32,150 nucleotides of DNA from Tubiluchus corallicola (GCA_030141605.1 JAQGDQ010001623.1:1-32150); one strand, 5' to 3'; shown: positions 1-12,246, counted from the first letter of the stretch. Program-made: numbers and translations. The notes: generated from the letters alone by a model not told the origin.

Positions 1-70
1 ATGAAGAAAACAAGCAACAAACTTCCCTGGAATTATCCCGTCTGGTATCTTCATGGTTTCTTCGCAAATG
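1..70 (+). other. Candidate upstream exon (5' UTR/uORF or alternative N-terminus) of the zinc-finger gene
   Basis: Begins with ATG and reads MKKTSNKLPWNYPVWYLHGFFAN+g. It is followed by a good donor G|GTAAGA at 71. The 5' boundary is the window edge, and linkage to downstream exons is inferred. Confidence 0.5.
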
Positions 71-352
71 GTAAGAAAAATTCATGTAGTCTTATAGCGT
101 ATATGATTTTCATACTGTAATATGAATTACTATAGAAGAAAATTCTGTTAGTGCACTTTGTCAATTGTCAAAGTTCCGCAGATAGAACTGGAAGGTCTTA
201 GAAACCATGCGACCTTCAAGCACTTTATAGGCATGCCAGGTAACTTTTGGCAGTAAACTGTTAATATTTTTGCCAGGAATGTAACATGGTGATGGTGGTG
301 GTCGTAGCGGTGGTAGTGGTTTTGGTGGTGGTTATAACGTAATGTTTTAATG

Positions 353-3300
353 TAATTGCTTAAGCTACTGGTAACTTTTGACAAAATTTCAATCATGCTG
401 TGTTGTATCTCGCACCGTAATTGCTTAAGCTACTGGTAACTTTTGACTAAATATCAATCATGCTGTTTTGTATCTCGTACTATAATTGCTTAAGCTACTG
501 ATAATTTTTGACTAAATTTCAATTATGCTGTATTGTATCTCGTACCGTAATTGCTTAAGCTACTGGTAACTTTTGACTAAATTTCAATCATGCTGTATTG
601 TATCTCGCACCGTAATTGCTTAAGCTACAGGTAACTTTTGACTAAATTTCAATCGTGCTGTTTTGTATCTCGTACTATAATTGCTTAAGCTACTGGTAAT
701 AACCACCCACCAACAACACAAACTTTTGACTAAATTTCAATCGTGCTGTTTTGTATCTCGCACCGTAATTGCTTAAGCTACAGGTAACTTTTGACTAAAT
801 TTCAATCGTGCTGTTTTGTATCTCGCACCGTAATTGCTTAAGCTACAGGTAACTTTTGACTAAATTTCAATCGTGCTGTTTTGTACCTCGCACCGTAATT
901 GCTTAAGCTACAGGTAACTGTTGACTAAATTTCAATCGTGCTGTATTGTATCTCGCACCGTAATTGCTTAAGCTACTGTTAACTTTTGACTAAATTTCAA
1001 TCATGCTGTATTGTATCTCGCACCGTAATTGCTTAAGCTACTGGTAACTTTTGACTAAATATCAATCATGCTGTACTGTATCTCGCACCATAATTGCTTA
1101 AGCTACTGGTAACTTTTGACTAAATATCAATCGTGCTGTTTTGTATCTCGTACTATAATTGCTTAAGCTACTGATAATTTTTGACTAAATTTCAATTATG
1201 CTGTATTGTATCTCGTACCGTAATTGCTTAAGCTACTGGTAACTTTTGACTAAATTTCAATCATGCTGTATTGTATCTCGCACCGTAATTGCTTAAGCTA
1301 CAGGTAACTTTTGACTAAATTTCAATCGTGCTGTTTTGTATCTCGTACTATAATTGCTTAAGCTACTGGTAATTTTTGACTAAATTTCAATCGTGCTGTT
1401 TTGTATCTCGCACCGTAATTGCTTAAGCTACAGGTAACTTTTGACTAAATTTCAATCGTGCTGTTTTGTATCTCGCACCGTAATTGCTTAAGCTACAGGT
1501 AACTTTTGACTAAATTTCAATCGTGCTGTTTTGTATCTCGCACCGTAATTGCTTAAGCTACAGGTAACTTTTGACTAAATTTCAATCGTGCTGTTTTGTA
1601 TCTCGCACCGTAATTGCTTAAGCTACAGGTAACTTTTGACTAAATTTCAATCGTGCTGTTTTGTATCTCGCACCGTAATTGCTTAAGCTACAGGTAACTT
1701 TTGACTAAATTTCAATCGTGCTGTTTTGTATCTCGCACCGTAATTGCTTAAGCTACAGGTAACTTTTGACTAAATTTCAATCGTGCTGTTTTGTATCTCG
1801 CACCATAATTGCTTAAGCTACAGGTAACTTTTGACTAAATTTCAATCGTGCTGTTTTGTATCTCGCACCGTAATTGCTTAAGCTACAGGTAACTTTTGAC
1901 TAAATTTCAATCGTGCTGTTTTGTATCTCGCACCATAATTGCTTAAGCTACAGGTAACTTTTGACTAAATTTCAATCGTGCTGTTTTGTATCTCGCACCG
2001 TAATTGCTTAAGCTACAGGTAACTTTTGACTAAATTTCAATCGTGCTGTTTTGTATCTCGCACCGTAATTGTTTAAGCTACTGGTAACTTTTGACAAAAT
2101 TTCAATCATGCTGTATTGTATCTCGTACAGTAATTGCTTAAGCTACTGTTAATTTTTGACTAAATATCAATCATGCAGTATTGTATCTCGTACAGTAATT
2201 GCTTAAGCTACTGTTAACTTTTGACTAAATATCAATCATGCAGTATTGTATCTCGTACAGTAATTGCTTAAGCTACTGTTAACTTTTGACTAAATATCAA
2301 TCATGCTGTATTGTATCTCGTACCGTAATTGCTTAAGCTACAGGTAACTTTTGACTAAATTTCAATCGTGCTGTTTTGTATCTCGCACCGTAATTGCTTA
2401 AGCTACAGGTAACTTTTGACTAAATTTCAATCGTGCTGTTTTGTATCTCGTACCGTAATTGCTTAAGCTACTGGTAATTTTTGACTAAATTTCAATCGTG
2501 CTGTTTTGTATCTCGCACCGTAATTGCTTAAGCTACGGTAATTTTGACTAAATTTCAATCTGCGTTATCTGATATGCTTGCTACAGGTAACTTTTGACTA
2601 AATTTCAATCGTGCTGTTTTGTATCTCGCACCGTAATTGCTTAAGCTACAGGTAACTTTTGACTAAATTTCAATCGTGCTGTTTTGTATCTGCACCGTAA
2701 TTGCTTAAGCTACAGGTAACTTTTGACTAAATTTCAATCGTGCTGTTTTGTATCTCGTACTATAATTGCTTAAGCTACTGGTAACTTTTGACTAAATTTC
2801 AATCGTGCTGTTTTGTATCTCGCACCGTAATTGCTTAAGCTACAGGTAACTTTTGACTAAATTTCAATCGTGCTGTTTTGTATCTCGCACCGTAATTGCT
2901 TAAGCTACAGGTAACTTTTGACTAAATTTCAATCGTGCTGTTTTGTATCTCGCACCGTAATTGCTTAAGCTACAGGTAACTTTTGACTAAATTTCAATCG
3001 TGCTGTTTTGTATCTCGTACTATAATTGCTTAAGCTACTGGTAATTTTTGACTAAATTTCAATCGTGCTGTTTTGTATCTCGCACCGTAATTGCTTAAGC
3101 TACAGGTAACTTTTGACTAAATTTCAATCGTGCTGTTTTGTATCTCGCACCGTAATTGCTTAAGCTACAGGTAACTTTTGACTAAATTTCAATCGTGCTG
3201 TTTTGTATCTCGCACCGTAATTGCTTAAGCTACAGGTAACTTTTGACTAAATTTCAATCGTGCTGTTTTGTATCTCGCACCGTAATTGCTTAAGCTACAG

Positions 3301-3846
3301 GTAACTTTTGACTAAATTTCAATCGTGCTGTTTTGTATCTTGCACCGTAATTGCTTAAGCTACAGGTAACTTTTGACTAAATTTCAATCGTGCTGTTTTG
3401 TATCTCGCACCGTAATTGCTTAAGCTACAGGTAACTTTTGACTAAATTTCAATCGTGCTGTTTTGTATCTCGCACCGTAATTGCTTAAGCTACAGGTAAC
3501 TTTTGACTAAATTTCAATCGTGCAGTATTGTATCTCGTACAGTAATTGCTTAAGCTACTGTTAATTTTTGACTAAATATCAATCGTGCTGTATTGTATCT
3601 CGTACCGTAATTGCTTTAGGTACTGTTAATTTTTGACTAAATTTCAATCATGCAGTATTGTATCTCGTACAGTAATTGCTTAAGCTACTGTTAATTTTTG
3701 ACTAAATATCAATCATGCAGTATTGTATCTCGTACAGTAATTGCTTAAGCTACTGTTAACTTTTGACTAAATATCAATCATGCTGTATTGTATCTCGTAC
3801 CGTAATTGCTTAAGGTACTGGTAATTTTTTAATAAATATTAGTCAT
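353..3846. repeat. 65-bp minisatellite, about 54 copies
   Basis: Unit TAATTGCTTAAGCTACAGGTAACTTTTGACTAAATTTCAATCGTGCTGTTTTGTATCTCGCACCG, recurring at 961, 1026, 1091 and onward. Confidence 0.97.
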
Positions 3847-4056
3847 CTTTAAACTGTTAATATTTTTGCCAAGAATGTAACAAAATAAGTTTTTAATTTT
3901 TCCGAAAAATCACATAACTACATGGACGCAATAACGCTCTAAACACAATGACAGGCGCTCATTGTTTTTAGCGCAGTTTCCATGGCTACGCGTGTTTAGA
4001 ACGTCTTGCGTAAAGCAACGTCATTCTGGTCAACGATTAATTTAAGTTTGAAGTAT

Positions 4057-4464
4057 AGTAACAATGATGCAGCTGTTTTAGACAAGGGACTGTGTCTTCA
4101 GAACAATAAGATTTGTCAGTAAATCCAGGAAATTTATCCCTTTACCAAGATGGATGAGATGGCTTAACTTGCTGGAATGAATGACTTCGCTTTTAACTTT
4201 TGAACTGCTCTCTGTTTTGCTAAGAAGACAGGCGTTGGAACTGCTGATCTAGCATCAGACATCAATGACTTTCACGAATTTTAGTTTTACGAGGATCGTG
4301 CTGCAGCACACCGTGTGATGACACCGAGTAATGTGAACGACAGAGCCATCTAGTGATGAAATTGGAAGTATTTTGTGCAAACTGGAACGTTCTCCCGGTG
4401 ACGTTGTTTAACATACCTACAACGTGTACATCAGAACTTTCTTCAGGCGAAGAAGACGATCTAA
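4057..4464 (+). pseudogene. Possible decayed DNA-transposase C-terminal remnant
   Basis: Relatively GC-richer stretch. One frame reads ...SNVNDRAI***NWKYFVQTGTFSR*RCLTYLQRVHQNFLQAKKTI*, loosely like VVNDxAER...LQxV transposase C-termini recalled from memory. Many stops; weak support. Confidence 0.2.
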
Positions 4465-4543
4465 ATAACACCTTTTATAATAATTGTTAAAACTTAAAAT
4501 TCTAGTTTTATGTACGTTTTCTTTTTCTGTTTATTTTTTCCAG

Positions 4544-4570
4544 ATCTCTTTTCCACTGTTTGTCACTTAG
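4544..4570 (+). other. Candidate 27-nt micro-exon
   Basis: Long polypyrimidine tract (4516-4540) ending CCAG, then 27 nt, then a consensus donor AG|GTAAGT at 4571. In phase 1 it reads (D)LFSTVCHL. Confidence 0.65.
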
Positions 4571-5483
4571 GTAAGTGAAATTTTAATTATGAAGTATTTT
4601 CGCTTAACCATTATTTCACTATTATTATTATTATTATTATTTCATTATTTCTTTAGTATTTTACTAGGACAAGGTAACTTTAAAGATTTTCTTTTTAAAT
4701 TGGATACATACACGAAAATGCCTGTATATGCTCAGAGGAAGCACAAACAGTTGAACATTTGCTTTTTAATTGTACTTTGGTCGACGAAAATAAAAGATTA
4801 GCGCTCGCAAATAGCCTACAATTTCAAAACATTAGTAAAATTTATACCTCTCGAGACAAAAACCTGCTAGTTGCTTTCTCTGAGTTAGTTTGTGATTCGT
4901 TTTTACAAACTTTAGTATAAAATATTGAACTTTTATATTATATCTGTCACTTTCATATTATACAGGTCGTTTTGTGTAAATTGGTACTATTTGATTTTAG
5001 TTGTTCTTTTATTGGTATATTGATTTATTGGTATTTAAAAGTCTTGCGAATATAACAGCTATTTTATTTACAAAGTTTTTTTTAACCATACCCTGCAAAT
5101 AGAGGATCCCTGTATGTATTTTATGTAAATATTTGTATAAGCGTACAATTTTAAATTTTAAATAAAGAATTATAATAATAATAATAATAATACTTTCATT
5201 TTAAAATTCAAGAAGGCTTAACACATTTGTAGGCGTACAGGTAATAATCTTATCAAAAGTAATATTTGTTTTGATAGTATTTGATATTATTTCATTAATA
5301 TGAGGGAGTTAAAAGGAAGATGTCACGTGACAAACGTATTACGTCACTGGCAAAAATGGCAAGCAAAAGAAAATTTTAGTTAAAAAGAGAAACTTTTGCC
5401 TTTGATCACATCTTTTCTTGATCATTGTTCATTACGCATATTATATTTATGACGTTATATTTATATAACAAGAGCAACTGTGA

Positions 5484-6125
<642 letters not shown>

Positions 6126-6798
6126 TTTTAAAGTAGATTTTTTTTTAATTGTGCATGTTTACATGTTCATTATCACAGTTATTATATTTTCAGCAATTCT
6201 CGAAAAGGAAGCGCTGACATTGCAAAAATTTTGGTACGATGTCATTCAGTTAAGGGAAAATATAGCCTGTTAAGGATTTTTGTTTGTTAAATAACCAAAA
6301 TAGTTTGTCCTTACAATATAAGTAATAATAGTTAAATGTGTGTTTTGATTAGATTAAGTTAACTTACCTGTTCTTACTTGTAAGGTGGCGACATCTGGCT
6401 TCAATATTAGCGACCTAGTTTTAAATACCTGTCATTCAAGTTTCAATGTGTTGAAAGCAGTGGCGACGTGTTGACAAATTTTCTGGGTAACTCACGGTTT
6501 GATGTCAAAGATCTATGTATATTTTGTTTAATTTTACTTAGTTATTCACTGAAAGTCTCGGATTAATTTCGCTTAATGGTAATTGATATTTTGATAAGAA
6601 ATCAATTAGTTTATTAACAGAATTTGCATTTAATTCCAGATAAAATGTATAATTTTGGGAAATGGCGTCTCGATGCATGTCAAATAAGAAGTAAAATGAC
6701 GAAGGGGCATGTGTTGTGATGATGGCGCACAAACAATAGAATATTATACTAAGCAATACTTGATGACTTTGTTTGTTTGTCACCATCAAACCCAAACA

Positions 6799-6799
<1 letters not shown>

Positions 6800-6829
<30 letters not shown>

Positions 6830-7228
6830 GGCATCCTTCTGTCTCGGAAGACAATAGAGTGTGCGCCAAGAGAGTCAGTTATTGATCACATTGATGGAGC
6901 TGCAGCGTCGACTGTGGCTGAGCAGTGCGATCCTTGAACGTCTCCAGGGAACACACCTGGGCAAGGTGTATGGAGCTCCTGAGTTGCCCAGACAACAGGA
7001 ACGCCCTCTCTTCCTCCCTGGTGTAGTCCAAAGGAAAGCGGAGCGATACATTTGGCACCAGGTTGGCTGCAGGAGCTGACGGAGTCAGTGAGCATGCTGC
7101 ACTGGTCCGCCTTCGGGGCTCCACTCCTGATTTGGAAGGTTTACTCCTCTGCACATGGCCGTTGGGTCACTCGACCTCCTCCGCCCTCTAGCCTTTGGCT
7201 AATTGTGCAGCTCCTCTGCCTAGTGGCC
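6800..7228 (-). mobile_element. Short non-autonomous RTE-clade non-LTR retroelement (429 bp) with (AAC)n tail and 13-bp TSD
   Basis: Perfect TSD CAAACCCAAACAT at 6787-6799 and 7229-7241. The minus-strand 3' end is TCTTCCGAGACAGAAGGATGCC(AAC)n. 6937-6902 encodes SRIALLSHSRRC, matching the RTE ORF C-terminal SRIGLxSHxRxC motif, with a stop at 6877-6875. Confidence 0.88.
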
Positions 7229-7266
7229 CAAACCCAAACATAGCCATTTGGTAAGTCTGCATACTA

Positions 7267-7267
<1 letters not shown>

Positions 7268-7320
<53 letters not shown>

Positions 7321-7433
7321 GTAATAATAATAACGGAAATGATAATGGTAATGATAATAATAATAATAGTAATAATAATAATAACGGAAATGATAATGGT
7401 AATGATAATAATAATGATGACGATAATAATAAT
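7268..7433. repeat. (TAA)n / (TGA)n compound microsatellite
   Basis: Directly visible, with an internal duplicated interrupted block. Confidence 0.95.
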
Positions 7434-8236
7434 CATTGAATACAAACAAAATTAATTTTTTTCAGCAACTGCATTTCAACATCCAATCAAAATGGCGTAA
7501 ATAAAAAAAATTAAGAATTTACAACATAGAAAAGTATTAGAATAAAATAGATTATATCAGCTTTTTCTAATGATTTCACTGTTTCTCTTGCTCAACGCAA
7601 AACAAACAGATACAAAAACAAATATACGAATTAGGTACCCCATTAGAATTCTGCTGGTGAGGGCCTTATGATTGCTCGAGTTTTATAAGTGTTTGTGGTG
7701 CGTTAGAACTCTGAGCTTTCGCAAGTATTGAATGAAAAGGCGTCCATTTCTTCCCTGGGTGTACAATTTACAAATAAATTATGATAAAATTCTAATGAAC
7801 AAATTCAGTAACGTACATAACACGCCACGCATGCGCACACAGGGCTTCATTGTCTACATCTCACAAGTTGTAACGCAAATTTAATTCTTAGTAACAACAG
7901 TAATTGTCACGATGAAAATGGTAAAAACAAGAGAACATGACGTTTCAAATCACAATTTTTGTTTAACCTGAGGTGAATGACTAAAAAATGTTTCTCATAA
8001 GATTACTAAATTCTCTAATCTCTGGGTTTTTTACTATGAATAAATACAAAAAAATCCACACGTATAAAAGAATACAATCGTACAGATTGTAGTGACTACA
8101 ATTTTAGAACATTAGAGCTACAGAATTTTTCGATAATCTTACTTACAATTGGGAAATTGAAGATTAAGCAGGAAAAGAAATCGTCATCGAATAGAAGCAA
8201 AATTGATTAATTTCAATGTAAAATTGTAATAACAAA

Positions 8237-9751
8237 GTGGTAACACACCACAAACGCTTGTGCAGAGCAAAGTTGGTAATAAAGTACGATAGGTTCTTCA
8301 CGTTTCTGTTGAATATCTCATCACCGGCAAGTTTGGCTACAATTTTCACATGTCCTTTAAAGATCACGGAAGAAGGTAAGGGCACCGGCTGCAATGGCCT
8401 TATATTCAATCAGGACATGGGTAAAGAAATCAAACATTTTACAATTTAACAATATTGCGGGTTTTGAAAGATAAGATTAAAAAAACTTCAAGTGGCACGC
8501 ACAGTGGTAACACACCACAAACGCTTGTGCAGAGCAAAGTTGGTAATAAAGTACAATAGGTTCTTCACGTTTCTGTTAACACACCACAAACGCTTGAGCA
8601 GAGCAAAGTTGGTAATAAAGTACAATAGGTTCTTCGCGTTTCTGTTAACACACCACAAACGCTTGTGCAGAGCAAAGTTGGTAATAAAGTACAATAGGTT
8701 CTTCACGTTTCTGTTAACACACCACAAACGCTTGTGCAGAGCAAAGTTGGTAATAAAGTACAATAGGTTCTTCACGTTTCTGTTAACACACCACAAACGC
8801 TTGAGCAGAGCAAAGTTGGTAATAAAGTACAATAGGTCCTTTATGTTTCTGTTAACACACCACAAACGCTTGTGCAGAGCAAAGTTGGTAATAAAGTACG
8901 ATAGGTTCTTCACGTTTCTGTTGAATATCTCATCACCGGCAAGTTTGGCTACAATTTTCACATGTCCTTTAAAGATCACGGAAGAAGGTAAGGGCACCGG
9001 CTGCAATGGCCTTATATTCAATCAGGACATGGGTAAAGAAATCAAACATTTTACAATTTAACAATATTGCGGGTTTTGAAAGATAAGATTAAAAAAACTT
9101 CAAGTGGCACGCACAGTGGTAACACACCACAAACGCTTGTCCAGAGCAAAGTTGGTAATAAAGTACAATAGGTTCTTCACGTTTCTGTTAACACACCACA
9201 AACGCTTGAGCAGAGCAAAGTTGGTAATAAAGTACAATAGGTTCTTCGCGTTTCTGTTAACACACCACAAACGCTTGTGCAGAGCAAAGTTGGTAATAAA
9301 GTACAATAGGTTCTTCACGTTTCTGTTAACACACCACAAACGCTTGTGCAGAGCAAAGTTGGTAATAAAGTACAATAGGTTCTTCACGTTTCTGTTAACA
9401 CACCACAAACGCTTGAGCAGAGCAAAGTTGGTAATAAAGTACAATAGGTCCTTTATGTTTCTGTTAACACACCACAAACGCTTGTGCAGAGCAAAGTTGG
9501 TAATAAAGTACAATAGGTTCTTCACGTTTCTGTTGAATATCACATCACCGGAGAGATTGGCTATCATTTTCACCTGTCTGCTGAGCATCACGGAAGATGA
9601 TGGTTACGACATGGGTAAAAATATCAAACATTTTACAATTTAACAACATTGCGGGTTTTGAAAGATAAGATTAAAAAAACTTAAAGTGGCACACACAGTG
9701 GTAACACACCACAAACGCTTGTGCAGAGGAAAGTTGGTAATAAAGTACAAT
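8237..9751. repeat. Nested repeat: 69-bp units (1+6+6+partial) separated by a duplicated 198/198/168-bp spacer
   Basis: Block starts GTGGTAACACACC at 8237, 8504, 9116 and 9698. Intervals are 267=69+198, 612=6x69+198 and 582=6x69+168. Confidence 0.95.
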
Positions 9752-10279
9752 TAAGTTCGTAAAGTGAATTTGCTTATGGTCAATACGAACTGTATACTCC
9801 CATTTCAAATTTATAGAACCGCTAATAAAAGTAAATTATTTTACAATTTTAAAATGCCGTCGGATAATTAAGTTCGTAATGCGAATTTGCTTATTTTAGA
9901 GAGATTAGTATTGTGTACTGCCAACGCAGATTTATATTTTATTTTTTTCTGCATTAATTAAATATTTGCTATTCGTCTTCTGTTTTATCTTCTTCATATA
10001 CACAGTCTTTTGTCTAATTGCAGGCCGTACATATTCGAAAAATTTAAAAAGATCCTACATTTTTTGCAGTTTCGTTTGGCTCTGTCAGTTGTTTTCATTT
10101 ACTATTTATTTACTAACAGTTCTCTGCAAATGTCTTTGTTATATTTTTACAACTTTAAGTAATAACAGTAATATAAACCCTACACACTGAGTGAATTGTT
10201 GTTTTCCTTTAATGCTTTCAGAATATGACGGCACGCTTTGGGTTGATGTACGCGTTCCTGGTCAAACTCCCGCAACATT

Positions 10280-10391
10280 CTGGAACAATTCCTGGACAGA
10301 AGAATGCCCCTGGAACAATTCCTGGGCAGAAGAATGCCCCTGGAACAATTCCTGGACAGAAGAATGCTCCTGGAACAATTCCTGGACAGAA
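10280..10391. repeat. 30-bp tandem repeat, about 4 copies
   Basis: TGGAACAATTCCTGGACAGAAGAATGCCCC at 10281, 10311, 10341 and 10371. Confidence 0.93.
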
Positions 10392-10415
10392 AAATATTTT
10401 TTAATATTGATCTTA

Positions 10416-11467
10416 TGAAAAGCTGACTCAGTAACTGCTTGTGGTGTGTTATTAAATGCGTTTTTAAAATGTCGTTGAAAAGCTGAGCCAGTAACTGCTT
10501 GTGGTGTGTTATTAAATGCGTTGTTAAATGTTGTTGAAAAGCTGACCCAGCAACTGCTTGTGGTGCGTTATTAAATGCGTTGTTAAAATGTCGTTGAAAA
10601 GCTGACCCAGCAACTGCTTGTGGTGTGTTATTAAATGCGTTGTTAAAATGTCGTTGAAAAGCTGAGCCAGCAACTGCTTGTGGTGTGTTATTAAATGCGT
10701 TGTTAAAATGTTGTTGAAAAGCTGACTCAGTAACTGCTTGTGGTGTGTCATTAAATGCGTTGTTAAAATGTTGTTGAAAAGCTGACTCAGTAACTGCTTG
10801 TGGTGTGTCATTAAATGCGTTGTTAAAATGTTGTTGAAAAGCTGACCCAGCAACTGCTTGTGGTGTGTCATTAAATGCGTTGTTAAAATGTCGTTGAAAA
10901 GCTGAGCCAGTAACTGCTTGTGGTGTGTTATTAAATGCGTTGTTAAAATGTCGTTGAAAAGCTGAGCCAGTAACTGCTTGTGGTGTGTTATTAAATGCGT
11001 TGTTAAAATGTTGTTGAAAACCTGACTCAGTAACTGCTTGTGGTGTGTCATTAAATGCGTTGTTAAAATGTTGTTGAAAACCTGACTCAGTAACTGCTTG
11101 TGGTGTGTCATTAAATGCGTAGTTAAAATGTTGTTGAAAAGCTGAGCCAGTAACTGCTTGTGGTGTGTCATTAAATGCGTTGTTAAAATGTTGTTGAAAA
11201 GCTGACTCAGTAACAGCTTGTGGTGTGTCATTAAATGCGTTGTTAAAATGTTGTTGAAAAGCTGAGCCAGTAACTGCTTGTGGTGTGTTATTAAATGCGT
11301 TGTTAAAATGTTGTTGAAAAGCTGACCCAGCAACTGCTTGTGGTGTGTCATTAAATGCGTTGTTAAAATGTTGTTGAAAAGCTGACCCAGTAACTGTTAA
11401 AATGTTGTTGAAAAGCTGACCCAGCAACTGCTTGTGGTGTGTCATTAAATGCGTTGTTAAAATGTTG
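10416..11467. repeat. 60-bp minisatellite, about 17 copies
   Basis: Unit TGAAAAGCTGACTCAGTAACTGCTTGTGGTGTGTCATTAAATGCGTTGTTAAAATGTTGT, in register with the 60-nt lines. Confidence 0.97.
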
Positions 11468-11675
11468 TGTGTTCTCGTTAATACAACGTTTTTCCTGCAA
11501 TTATACATTTAGTTTAAACATCATTTATGGGAGTATACAAGCAGAATAAAAGTATCTGATTTGTTTAAATACAAATTGTTTATTTACAAGCAATAAGCAA
11601 TTATGGTGTGGGGGGCGGGGAATCGTGACCCTACAAGGGTTAAGCAAACATACTAACATTACATGAGTAAACATA

Positions 11676-12246
11676 AAAACACTCCAATTTACATTTCAAG
11701 AACAAGTCAAATCATTTCATCAAACTATTTACAATGGAGAAAAAAGTAAAAAACTCCAATTTGCATTTCAAGAACAAGTCAAATCATTTCAGCAAACTAT
11801 TTACAATGGAGAAAAAAGTAAACTCCAATTTACATTTCAAGAACAAGTCAAATCATTTCATCAAACTATTTACAATGGAGAAAAAAGTAAAAAACTCCAA
11901 TTTGCATTTCAAGAACAAGTCAAATCATTTCAGCAAACTATTTACAATGGAGAAAAAAGTAAACTCCAATTTACATTTCAAGAACAAGTCAAATCATTTC
12001 ATCAAACTATTTACAATGGAGAAAAAAGTAAAAAAACTCCAATTTACATTTCAAGAACAAGTCAAATCGTTTCATCAAACTATTTACAATGGAGAAAAAA
12101 GTAAAAAAACTCCAATTTACATTTCAAGAACAAGTCAAATCATTTCAAGAACAAGTCAAATCATTTCATCAAACTATTTACAATGGAGAAAAAAGTAAAA
12201 AAACTCCAATTTACATTTCAAGAACAAGTCAAATCATTTCATCAAA
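11676..12246. repeat. 69-73-bp minisatellite, about 8 copies
   Basis: Unit AACTCCAATTTACATTTCAAGAACAAGTCAAATCATTTCATCAAACTATTTACAATGGAGAAAAAAGTA(A)n. Variants alternate in the first four copies. Confidence 0.95.

Noticed and set aside
69-4544. TG|A codon formed at the 70/4544 junction in an alternative frame (possible selenocysteine)
   Set aside because: No SECIS or redox motif is visible, and this frame does not yield an intact finger 1.
5321-5360. Palindromic E-box TGTCACGTGACA with CRE- and YY1-like motifs
   Set aside because: Short motifs with no independent evidence of a promoter.
8164-9643. Paired ORFs on both strands
   Set aside because: Products of the 69-bp nested repeat, with no recognisable homology.
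10180-11508. 442-aa and 275-aa minus-strand ORFs
   Set aside because: Open only because the 60-bp unit is a multiple of 3 and stop-free in those frames.
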